In this document: in pieces, positions 1 through 11,202 of the stretch
Numbering within the stretch: position 1 is the stretch's first letter
Layout: every line of letters begins with the position of its first letter
NCBI GenBank assembly: GCA_951406725.2
Contig: OX597828.1
Location: forward strand, 11,098,001 to 11,162,000
Length of the DNA stretch: 64,000 bases
From: Octopus vulgaris
Taxonomy: Eukaryota
Direction: 5' to 3'
Made by a program: the position numbers and the translations under genes
The notes under the pieces: model-generated
Databases searched by the model: none
Seen by the model: only the letters and a program-made list of their open reading frames with translations
What the model was told of the DNA's origin: nothing

Positions 1-286
1 TGTATGTGCTTTATTTGTGTGTGTGTGTGTACAATAGAAACAGAAATAATGTTTTGAAGAAATGGCTTCAGAAGAGCTGAAAAATAAACAAAAGACAAAT
101 AGTAGCAAGGTTAACAGAGTTTTGTTTTGAAAAGCACACACATGTACATACATACATGTGTGTGTGCGTATGTGTGTCTGTGTGCGTGCGTGTGTGTATT
201 TGTATATATATATATGTGTGTGTGTGTGTGCCTGTGCGTGTGTATACATATGTAATATAACTATTTCTACGTAACTATAGTTACTG

Positions 287-342
<56 letters not shown>

Positions 343-1781
343 GTAAATATACACCTATACACCAGGCATACACACATACACACACATCTAGTAAAATTTG
401 AACGTTTGTATTTGTACATACTTATATAAGGTATACATGATATAAACTGCATTTGAATGTATGTGCTATCGTCTTGAGACTTAAATCGAATTCGTCTAAT
501 ATTTAGGAAATTTTATTCGAACCGTGCAAATACAACTCACCTAATGGTTAATTGCCTCATGTTAAAAATCATACAAATTCTGAAAGAACTAATATTAGAG
601 CCAATTTTCTACGGTTTTCATTCTCTCACAGGTAATTGTATGTATTTCGAAGAAATTAATCTTAATTCTTGATCTAAGTAGGTATCTTGGGATGATGGCT
701 GTAGATTTTGAACAGAAGAACTTTATATTTCTTCTTCTTATAATCTAAATCTTAGTTGGCTTATTTTGTCACTCACTTCAAAACAACAAGCTAGTCATCG
801 GTCGTTGTTTTTAGATACGTTCGTATTACAACCATTCGGGTCAGTTCTCCGATCTGAGTATAACTGCAACGGTGCTTCTCAACAAACTCCGACACCCTGA
901 AAAGGAACATCAGTCCCGCATCTCTATCTCTTAGCATGCCATTAATTAAAGGAGCTGCAATCGGTAAATCTTTCCATACAACTGGAAAATACAATAATAC
1001 ACATTTCGCGATTTCGCGTGTAGCTAGATGACCTTGTGGTTAAGATGGTTGGCTAACGAACAAAAGATCGTTATTTTAATTCCTTGATCGAACGGCGTGT
1101 GGTATCCTTATGCAAAAACTTCACTTCAGGCTGTTTCGATCTTTTCAGTTTCAAATGAATACATGTCAGGGGTTGATGCAGGTCTCGGTATCTCTCTCTC
1201 TCCATCTAGATGTGCCGCCTTATTGTGCTGCCTAGTTGTGTCGCCAGGTAAGAGGTGAGGGAATGAAGAACACATCTACCTCTACTCGAGAATACATGAG
1301 CACTTGAAGCAATTAACGGAAACATAGCACATATTCTTTCTACTCTAGGTACAAGGCCCAACATTTTGAGGGAAGAGGACCAGTCGATTAGATCGACCCC
1401 AAAATGATGGAACTGAAAGAAAAAGAGCATTGAGTCATTTATGAAGTTATATTTCTTGTATTATTTTCATTCAAACATATTATTATGTTCATTATAAAGT
1501 CCGTTATGAATGTATTTGTTGTTAAAAATTAACTGTCGCATTAAATGAATGTTTGTTTTTGCATTTTTATAAGACGTACCTAATAATTTAGGACGGTAAA
1601 AATGACGCCTATTAACAAAAATGGCCAGTGTTTCTTTACGCATGGGTGGATCAGACTTATTTTAGTACAGTACATGCAGATGGGTGTTATCATCATACGG
1701 TGAAAAGATATCTGTATTTGAACGAATAAATACTCGGTTATTGCAAAAAGACTGAGCTGCCTAATAGTTTGACATGCAGTG

Positions 1782-1784
<3 letters not shown>

Positions 1785-1813
<29 letters not shown>

Positions 1814-2020
1814 CATACAAATATACATACATAAATACATACATACATACACACGTACATACATACGTACATACATACATACATACATACATACATACAT
1901 ACATACATACATACATACATACATACATACATACATACATACATACATACATACATACATACATACATACATACATACATACATACATACATAAATACAT
2001 ACATACATACTGACATACAT
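1785..2020. repeat. (TACA)n microsatellite
   Basis: Directly visible; explains the MYVC/HTYI ORFs at 1580-2089. Confidence 0.97.
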
Positions 2021-2035
2021 AAATATCTTTTTGAA

Positions 2036-2380
2036 AACTGCTTCGAGACCTCCATGAACAACTATGAACAACTGCTTCGAGACGTCCAATTTCTATATCC
2101 AGACTATGAATTTATATTAATACCAATAATAATTGGAGCACTTGGCTTTGTTACTAAATGTTTAAAGGAGAACCTGGATGAACAGGGATTTTCAGAAAGA
2201 GCAATCGATCGGCTAATTCGTACATTACAAGTGCAATCTGTGAATGGAACAGTAAAAGTGTGCAAGACTTCTCTCAAGTTCCAAATGTGTAAACTACATC
2301 CCAAAAGTGGAGCCTAGTATCTTTGTTGGAAACCGACTCCTTCCTCAGTGGAAGATTTATAATAATTAAAAAACTAGAAT
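2036..2380 (+). mobile_element. 3' fragment of an RLE-type (R4/Dong-like) non-LTR retrotransposon
   Basis: ORF 2054-2317 reads YEQLLRDVQFLYPDYEFILIPIIIGALGFVTKCL...LQVQSVNGTVKVCK. This resembles the KY..L...(V/I)PI(V/I)IGALG...LQ....GT C-terminus of R4-clade proteins. A short 3' UTR follows, and TACA repeats flank both sides. Confidence 0.75.
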
Positions 2381-2562
2381 ACACATACATACATACACAT
2401 ATAAACACACATAGATACATGTGTATATGAGTGCAGGTAGATACGTATGTACTAATATATGCAAAACTAATCTGCTACTAATCCTAAACATTACGTCATT
2501 TGTATTGTAATCATTTGCTGGAGTTAGCACTTACCTAGTAACTCCAGAGATGGATAAAAGGA

Positions 2563-2722
2563 TAAAGACCCCCTTCTGCCATGAATGACCATGGTATTGC
2601 ACCTAGAAAGTTATTCTCGGAGGTAATACTCCGGGCAAGGTTTTTTTGAATAAGACCAGAAGTTGCCCATGCCATCTCCACACCACGGATGTTATCTAAG
2701 TAAAAGAGAAAGACAAAGGCAA
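2563..2722 (-). mobile_element. Probable 3' portion of a decayed SINE-like repeat
   Basis: ccccttctgccatgaatgaccatggtattgcacctagaaag looks like an octopus interspersed-repeat end recalled from memory. It is single-copy in this window. Confidence 0.35.
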
Positions 2723-3109
2723 AGGCTGGGCGAGGAACATAACTAATACGTCTGGGAAGCCTTATCTTATGTAATGAAATGTATCGTAAGAGCGCCGCTG
2801 AAACCTTCCTTCATATATTAAGTATTTAGCATGATTATGACTACAACCATGAGATCGAAATTCGGCCATCCGAAGCAATTTTTGACGTCTGTAGACAGTT
2901 CCGAGCAGCGGAAAGTTCTTTACTTGATCGCAGTCCTTCTAGAAATACCAATCTATAGACATTACAAAAACAGAGCGCCATTTTAAGAAAAGACAGATGA
3001 GATGGTATCTGATTATATGCTTAGGGGATGCTTTTGATCATAGGTTCGGAAATGAAAGTATCCCGAGATCCGAATGATTTCGGATCAGGATTACTATATA
3101 TACAATCAC

Positions 3110-3483
3110 TTGGCTTATTTTAGTTATTAAATTGCTGTCATGCCGAAGTACCACCTTGAAGCAGTTGTCTCAACAACTCGACTCTAGTATTTATTCTTCT
3201 TAAGTTTGATGCTTACTTTTATGTGCTCTAATGCCGAACCACTAAGTTACGGAGGTTAAACAAGACAATACCAGTTTTCAGGCGAAGTGGACACACAGAC
3301 ATACACACACAAGAACACACACACACGTACAGCGTTCCCGTTAACACACATTCACTCACAAGGCATTAGGCGACTTTGAGCTACAGTAGAAGTCACATAC
3401 ACATGATGCCGCTCAGTAGGACTGAAACCCAAACCTTGTTGCTGCAGAGCGAACTTCTTCGCCACAGAGCCATACTTGCACTT
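3110..3483 (-). mobile_element. Degenerate SINE, family A
   Basis: Colinear by eye with the better copy at 54451-54899 (gccgaaccactaagttacgg, ttcactcacaaggc, ccacagagccatacttgcacct). Confidence 0.7.
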
Positions 3484-3538
3484 ATATAGGTATGTATCTA
3501 TAAATGTGTGTGTTTGTGTATCTATGTATTTATTTCAT

Positions 3539-3586
<48 letters not shown>

Positions 3587-4316
3587 TATATATATACATA
3601 TATATTTATATAGATACATGTATGTATGTATGTATGTATATACGTATGCATGTATGCATATATGTATACCCTTCAGTGCAGGCTACCATAGCTAAGGAGG
3701 TGGTGAGCCGACAATAATGTATAATCGATTGAAATTAATTATTAACGCAGTTAGGAAAAAAATGTCATTAGCGTAATTCTTAGTTCTTCTCTGTTCTCTT
3801 TTCTCTTTTTCTCATTCATTTTGACTTCTAATTAAATGCCCAAAATATTTCTATTTTCTCTCTTTGATGATGTCTAATAAAATTTTCTTCGTTTTCGCCA
3901 TTCTTAGAAATTCGTCATTGTTGCGTGTTCTGCCATTGATATTCACAAACGTTTTCTATGTGACCGTATTTTGATCCGTTAATGATCCATTGAATTAAGC
4001 GAGGGATCCCTGGGCCAATGACGAAACATCAGTTCCGCTAGAAATAGCAGTCAGTTCTCCGTCTCAAGAAGTGTGAGTGGCATATATGAAAATGTCGCAG
4101 GTGTACAAAAAGGTGGAATACTCATGGCAGGATTGTCGTTGATTACTGGTGAGGACCAATCCAGAGGATGGAAGTTAAACAACAATGGAATATGTAGGCC
4201 GTTGCCCGTCTTACAAGAAATAGCAGAGAATTCTTCTTCATACCAATTTTGAAAAGAAAATATGGGGAGTCGCAATCGAAATTATAGTCCAAGGCCTGGA
4301 ATTCATTTGTCTATTC

Positions 4317-5160
4317 AGGTTGCGAGCTGGCAGAAACGTTAGCACGCCGGGCGAAATGCTTAGCGGTATTTCGTTTGTCGTTACGTTCTGATTTCAAATT
4401 CCGCCGAGGTTGACTTTACCTTTCATCCTCTCGGGGTCGATAAATAAAGTACCAGTTACGCACTGGGGTCGATGTAATCGACTTAATACCTATGTCTGTC
4501 CTTGTTTGTCCCCTCTATGTTTAGCCCCTTGTGGGTAATAAAGAAATAGGTATTTCGTCTGTCGTTACGTTGTGAGTTCATATTCCGCCAAGGTCAACTT
4601 TGCCTTTCATCCTTTCGGGGTCGATAAATTAAGTACCAGTTACGCACTGGGGTCGATGTGATCGACTTAATCCCTTTCTCTGTATTTGTTTGTCCCCTCT
4701 ATGTTTAGCCCCTTGTGGGCAATGAAGAAATAAGAAACGTTAGCACGCCGGGCGAAATGCTTAGCGGTATTTTGTCCGCCTTTACGTTCTGAGTTCAAAA
4801 TTCTGCCGAGGTCGACTTTGCCTTTCATCCTTTCGAGGTCAATAAATTAAGTATCAGTTATGAAATGGGGTCGATGTAATCGACTTAATCCCTTTGTCTC
4901 TATTTGTTTGTCCCGTCTATGTTTAACCCCTTGTAGGTAATAAAGAAAATAAGAAACGTTAGCACGCCGGACAAAATGATTACTAGCATTTCGCCTGTCT
5001 TTACGTTCTGATTTCAAATTCCACTGATGTCGAATTTGCTTTTCATTCTTTCGGTGTCGATAAGATAAGTACCATTTGAGCACTAGGGTCGATGTCATCG
5101 ATTTATTCCCTTCGCCGACATTACTGCCCTTGTGTCAAAATCTGAAATCAATTACTACTA
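4317..5160 (+). mobile_element. Head-to-tail array of four family-B SINE units
   Basis: Units at about 4317-4548, 4549-4732, 4733-4951 and 4952-5160. Each has a B-box-like gttcaaattcc and the body gcctttcatcctttcggggtcgataaattaagtaccag. The first three end in tail 1 (...ccccttgtgggtaataaagaaata); the last ends in tail 2 (...cccttgtgtcaaaatctgaaatc plus short repeats). Confidence 0.9.
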
Positions 5161-5271
5161 ACCTTTGGCTAAACAACAATAACATCAACGACATTGTCCA
5201 TTCATTATTTATTTTATGATATGCAGAGCGTTTTCCCCTAAACGTTTATTGAAAGTATTTTGGTTTTAAAG

Positions 5272-5436
5272 AGGCGCAGGAGTGGCTGTGTGGTAAGTAG
5301 CTTGCTTACCAACCACATGGTTCAGTCCCACTGAGTGGCATCTTAGGCAAGTGTCTTCTACTATAGCCTCGGGCCGACCAAGGCCTTGTGAGTGGATTTG
5401 GTAGAGGGAAACTGAAAGAAGCCCGTCGTATATATG

Positions 5437-5485
<49 letters not shown>

Positions 5486-5688
5486 CTGTGCTTGTCCCCC
5501 CAATATCGCTTGACAACCGATGCTGGTGTGATTGCGTCTCGTAACTTAGCGGTTCGGCAAAAGAGACCGATAGAATAAGTACTAGGTTTACAAAGAATAA
5601 GTCCTGGGCTCGATTTTCTCGACTAAAGGCGATGCTCCAGCATGGTCGCAGTCAACTGACTGAAACATGTAAAAGAGAGTAAAAGAGA
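5272..5688 (+). mobile_element. SINE family A (tRNA-like head, CORE-like motif, internal microsatellite)
   Basis: Head aggcgcaggagtggctgtgtggtaag, CORE-like catcttaggcaagtg, internal (TA)n(TG)n and gtaaaagag repeat tail. Matches copies at 43820 and 54451. Confidence 0.9.
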
Positions 5689-5731
5689 GATGCCGAGAGT
5701 CAGATAAATCTTTGCACTGAATCCAAATACC

Positions 5732-5819
5732 TATTTCTTTATTACCCAGAAGGGGCTAAACACAGAGGGGACAAACAAGGACAGACATAGGTATTAAGTC
5801 GATTACATCGACCCCAGTA
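5732..5819 (-). mobile_element. 5'-truncated family-B SINE with tail 1
   Basis: Reverse complement is nearly identical to 4461-4548. Confidence 0.88.
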
Positions 5820-7252
5820 CATAAATGAAGTCAAGCTTGCTTTTCATTCCTTCGAGGCTGACTGTCGTATACTGAAATATATTATTCCCTTCATCCTTAC
5901 AGTCTTTCTCACCCCTATCGCTCTCTCTCTCTTATTCTCTCGCTTCCCCTTCTCGCTCTTTCACCCTTTCCCGCGCTCTCTCACTTCCATTCTATCATTC
6001 TTCGTCTAGTTCCCGCTTTAGAAAGAAAATCAGCCGTGCTAGATATGGACGTGAACGGGCTTCGTCATTTTTAAAAGATGTGCAGGACATGCCGTATGTC
6101 ATGACTGCATTTCAGCAATTCAGTCAAGCATGGGTGGGACAGTATTTCTTTACAGATAAACTAGCTCATTCTTTATCAGATACTTATTATCGTTGTTTCG
6201 TTCCACGTTTGCCCTGAGATAGTTAAGCCAAGATCAGTGATGCTCCTGCTATGGCAAACTGACTCGATTATACAGTATATTTAGTTTTACATTTTACAAT
6301 GTGTCGTTCTTCTTTAAGAGTTGTGAGATATTTTACTGTTATTTCTAGAGTTTTGGGTAACTACTTTGATCCTTCCCTCACCTCATCTGCAGTAACGAAT
6401 TACTAAAGTTTATGATGGTAGCTGTTCTATTCATCCGAGATGTATCTATACTAATGTTTCTTAACTCTCAAATAACTAAATCTATAAGGAATGAAATTCC
6501 ACAATGGATCAAAACAGCTAACGAATTAACGAGCACTTTAGAGCATACGACAAATTCTCTTGCAGTATGTGTTCCAGCTGTTTTTACACTCTGAATTCAA
6601 ATTCTATCGGAGTCAGATTTGTCTATTATTCTTTGGAAATTGATAAAATAAAATACCAACTCAGGGCAGTGGAACGGCAGAATTGATACAGTGCTGGTAT
6701 TTGCCCAAGCTTTTTACGTTCTGAACTTTAGCCTGGTGGACTTAGTCCGTCGCTCAGTTTAATACCACTGGCACAATCACCCTTCCTTATCGCGTCTTCA
6801 GGCGTGTTGGCTCCGTTGGAAGCATTGCAGGCAGATATCCGATTTGAGCTTAACGTCCGCTTTTCTTTTCAATAGATTTGAACATCCAGAAAAAATATGT
6901 CTCATAGACGTTGCCCTCCCTTTCACGATGAGTAGTAAAGGGAAATCTTTATAAAGTTGGGGTGTGATGTGTAACCGAGAAATACTGCATGAGATTGAAG
7001 TAATGTGTTGAAATTGATACTACAAAGTTGATTTGCCCAAGATAACCTACAGTTAAAGCAATTCTACGAGATCGAACGACTTGCTAGAAATGGCAACCAA
7101 ATCGTCTTCATATTTCATCAGACGTTCTTAATTATAAAAGTAAACACTGTTAGTGCAGTCTAAGTAAATCTTGACGCCAACAAGCGCAATTCTATGAGGT
7201 CGAACAACTTGCTAGAAACGTCAACCAGATCTACCTGGGATAATATCGCATA

Positions 7253-7450
7253 TCTATTAAATAAAATCCGTTCTGTCTGTGTGTGTGTGTATGTCTTCTA
7301 GGATCTCGAGCATCCTCCATCCGATTGCGCTGAAATTTGATATGTAGATACCGACGGTATCAGGGCTTGTATAAGTCTTGAAACAATTACAAAAATCGAT
7401 TCCAGGTGAGAATGCGATCGATAAAGCCACGGGAACGTGCATATTTGTGT
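7253..7450 (+). mobile_element. Possible 5' part of a non-autonomous Helitron/Helentron-like element
   Basis: A|TC start (tctattaaataaaa), a short ctgt/gt repeat, then atctcgagcatcctccatccgattgcgctgaaatttg, a motif style typical of such elements. No CTAG 3' end was found. Confidence 0.4.
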
Positions 7451-7533
7451 GAATAAAATCGTTTTTCTTTGGAATAGAAAGAAAAGTCTATCTTTATTTC
7501 TTCTTTTGCTGGTGTCTCAAATTTAGGTTAAAT

Positions 7534-7595
7534 CAGTGTTTCTCAAAGGGGAGGCCTTTGGGACGGTCGGATAAGTGGTTTTTTGAGAAAATTTG
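7534..7595. mobile_element. 62-bp hAT-like miniature element
   Basis: TIRs cagtgtttctcaaa / tttgagaaaatttg; 8-bp flanks ggttaaat (7526-7533) and gtttaaat (7596-7603). Confidence 0.6.
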
Positions 7596-8204
7596 GTTTA
7601 AATGTTTGACAACTCAGCACCGTCCATTGGACGGGGGGCGTTTTGCTCGTTCTTAAATATAGAAGGATATAGTGATCAGGTAAATGGGAATTCTTGGTCA
7701 AAACTATTTTCGTCTTTTCACAGCTCTGCTGGATCACAATTGACCAGATTTTAAACAACTACATCTTTAAGTACATCTCTATCACCATCCAATACAAAAA
7801 GTGACAAGATATATAAATATAACTATCTTCTTTTACGCTGTTAGTATAAGGTGAATCTCGGCTCAACCACTTTTAAATCATTTTCCATTCATAAGTTGTA
7901 TTTCAATTATTTAAAATATAAACACAATTATTCCCTAAGCCATGGATTTTTTATTTATAGCGAACAATGGATGTTTCTTTCTTCCTTGAATGGCAGTTAG
8001 GATGACACATTTCTGAAATTAGTTTCGAACCGATCTCTTTTCAATGTCACTTTGACCTTTCATTGAGTAACGTAACAAATAAGAGGAAAAAATAATAATA
8101 AAAAATAAATAAAAACGTGATCATCAACATTTTAAATAGCGAACTGTAATATTTTCTTTTCAACCAAGTGGAAAGGATTTTATCTGGCATTGCCAAATTA
8201 GTTT

Positions 8205-8205
<1 letters not shown>

Positions 8206-8285
<80 letters not shown>

Positions 8286-8970
8286 TCTCTCTCTCTCCAT
8301 CTCTCTCCCGCTTTCCCTCATTCCTTGTTTTTATCACTCACCCTCTATACCTCTCTCCCACTTTATACAACTTAACCTCTCTACATCTCTCAATCTCTGT
8401 ATTTCTTTATCTTTTACCCTTCCTGTATAAATGTCTCTCCCTCTCTATTTCAACCACCCCTTTTCAATGTTCCATTTCTCCTTCCTTAGTTCTTATTTTT
8501 CCTATCTATCTCTCTGTCTATCTCTCAATCTATCTATCTATCTATCTCTTTTTATCTTCCCCTCTTTCGCTCTGTGATTAAATGATACCAAACGCAAAGA
8601 GGAGGAAAAAAATACATGAAGAGTTTCTCTGTATTCAATCAATAACAAAATTGCTTTGATTTTCGTAAATGTTATTTATTCAAATGTCTGCGATATATAT
8701 TTTTTTCTCCAATCATGGATTAATCTTTTTACTGAGGGGGAAATACAGACACACACACACAAGCACACACACAAGCACACACACACACGCACCAACACAC
8801 ACAAACACATACATGTATATATGTGTATGTGTATATATACATATATGTGTTGCATATATATACATATATATATATGTGTGTGTATATATATATATGTGTG
8901 TGTATGTATACGTGTGTGTATATATGTGTATGTATACGTGTGTGTATACGTGTGTGTATATGTATGTGTG

Positions 8971-9027
<57 letters not shown>

Positions 9028-9037
9028 ATATATATAT
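8206..9037. repeat. (TC)n, (TCTA)n, (CA)n and (TA/TG)n microsatellite blocks
   Basis: Directly visible. Confidence 0.95.
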
Positions 9038-9560
9038 AATTCCCTTTCAATAAAAGAAACGAATAGAAAGTAATTTTGGTTCTGATGGGAGTTTGTAGTA
9101 ATAGGGAACCGACCGTCTAATGTAAAATCAATTAAGTTTGTTTTGTCAATAAGGGTTTATGCGCATGCCACATCCAGTTATATTGATACCTAATCCATTT
9201 TCAAAGCTGAAAAATGAAACTATGAATTGAAAGTTTTGCTTTCGGTAATAAAATTGCCAATATGTCAGTAAAATTTTATAACTTTTTAAACACTCTCAGC
9301 ACTAATATGTTTTGTTTTATTTTGTTTTTCTGTAATCGTTTTCGGTTTCCAACTGATAACTGGCTGAATCCCGAGGCTTGCCATTACATTTCATTGAATA
9401 ATTATAAATTTTATAACGAGGCTGAATACTAGGAATGATACAGTGGTGAAAAGTCAAATATTTTCATCGTTTAGTCGCACCTATCTGTGATATGTGTTTA
9501 TATCCTGTCAGAGTGGTATCCAATTTGCATCCCTGTTGCGTAGTTAAAACGTACAAACAT

Positions 9561-9728
9561 AGGCGCAGATGTGGCTGTGCGATAAGAATTTTATTTCGCC
9601 AACCACGCAGTTTCAGGTTTAGTCCTACCACGTAGTGCCTTGGACAAGTATTTTCCATTATAAATCCGAGCTGCCCAAAGCCTTGTGAGTGGATTTGGTA
9701 GCCGGAAACTGAAAGAAGGTCATAGTTC

Positions 9729-9759
<31 letters not shown>

Positions 9760-9792
9760 CGCGCGTGTGTGTGCGCGCGTGTATGTGCGCGC

Positions 9793-9825
<33 letters not shown>

Positions 9826-10003
9826 TGAGAGAGAGAAAAAAGAAGCAACCACTTGCCAACTGGTGTCGATTTGTTTACCATCCCGTACCAAACTTTGAAC
9901 AATAAGATGTTCTGGTGTTAATTTCTTGAACGAAAATCCTCCTGCTTGGTGCCCCAGTATGGCCGCAGCCCAATAACTGAAACAGGCGAAACGAAAATGT
10001 AAA
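9561..10003 (+). mobile_element. Diverged SINE family A
   Basis: aggcgcagatgtggctgtgc head, aaagccttgtgagtggatttggtag body, internal (TG)/(CG) tract and cagtatggccgcag near the end. Confidence 0.8.
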
Positions 10004-10213
10004 ACAACACATGAAAGTCTAGTTTTTAAAAAAGACAAGAGATGGCTTGGCAGAAATGAAAGAGCGTCTGAAAGCGACGTTAGTTACGTCTTTTACGTTC
10101 TGATATATTTGTCGACAGAATACGTATGAGTTGGGTACTAGATCGATTCAATCACTACCAGCACAACCCATCGAAAACAAAATCAATATTTATCACATGC
10201 TGATGGATAATTG

Positions 10214-10684
10214 TGATCACCGAAAGATTAATCAAATGATGTATTCATTAGTGCGCGTCTGGAATAAACAGCAAGTACTAGGGAAATTAAATCACTAGTT
10301 ATAATCGAACGTTGCTGTTATGATAACATAGAGATCGAATGATCCATTGATCAAATACTATCATGAGAATCCTGATCGCCGAAAGATGAATAAATTGATC
10401 TATTCATTAGTGTGTATAATAATTAAACAGCAATTACTAGGGAAATGAAATCACTAGTTACTATCGAACGCTACTGGTATAATGACACAGAGATCGAAAG
10501 TTCCATTGATAAAATACTATCATGAGAATCCTGATCGCCGAAAGATTAATCAATTAATCAATTCATTAGTGCGTGGAATAAATAAATAGCGAGTACTAGG
10601 GAAATTAAATCACTAGTTATAATCGAACGCTGCTGATATAATGACATAGAGATCGAATGATCCATTGATCAAATACTATCATGA
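10214..10684. repeat. Tandem repeat, three copies of a 159-bp unit
   Basis: Units start with tgatc at 10214, 10373 and 10532, and share tactagggaaat.aaatcactagtta and tccattgat.aaatactatcatga. Confidence 0.93.
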
Positions 10685-10872
10685 CGGCATCTATGTAATT
10701 CTTAATGAACATATTTTGATCATCACTTTTCATTCCTCCAGTCCCATTTAAACATTCTAAATATATATATATTATTTACAAGGGAGCAATTATTTAAAAA
10801 AAATATAAGCTTGAAAGTTCGTATTCACACAGTTTGGTTTGTTACAGACAGCGGGCTTTTTAGCCTCTTGAT

Positions 10873-11202
10873 GGGTGAGGGCGCGTGGCTTAGTGGTTAG
10901 GGCATTCGGCTCATGATCGTAAGGTTGTGAGTTCGACTCCCGGCGACGCGTTGTGTCCTTGAGCAAGACACTTTATTTCACGTTGCTCCAGTCCACTCAG
11001 CTGGCAAAAATGAGTTGTACTTGTATTTCAAAGGGTCAGCCTTGTCACTCTCTGTGTCACGCTGATTATCCCCGAGAACTACGTTAAGGGTACACGTGTC
11101 TGTGGAATGCTCAGCCATTTGCACGTTAATTTCACGAGCAAGCTGTTCCGTTGATCGTATCAGCTGGGACCCTCGTCGTCGTAACCGGCGGAGTCTTTAA
11201 GT
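10873..11202 (+). mobile_element. SINE family C, full length with TSD
   Basis: A box tggcttagtgg, B box gttcgactcc and CORE-like gtgtccttgagcaagacactt. The 16-bp TSD is tttttagcctcttgat (10857-10872) / tttttagtctcttgat (11203-11218). Confidence 0.9.

Noticed and set aside
791-994. 67-aa non-repetitive ORF as a possible exon
   Set aside because: No recognisable motif or convincing splice context; the length is compatible with chance.
4317-5160. Repeat array as CRISPR-like
   Set aside because: The units are ~185-230-bp SINE copies without unique spacers, and there are no cas genes.
10877-10950. tRNA gene (also 34310-34383 and 41432-41505)
   Set aside because: A and B boxes are present, but I could not form a proper cloverleaf and each continues into a SINE body, two of them with TSDs.
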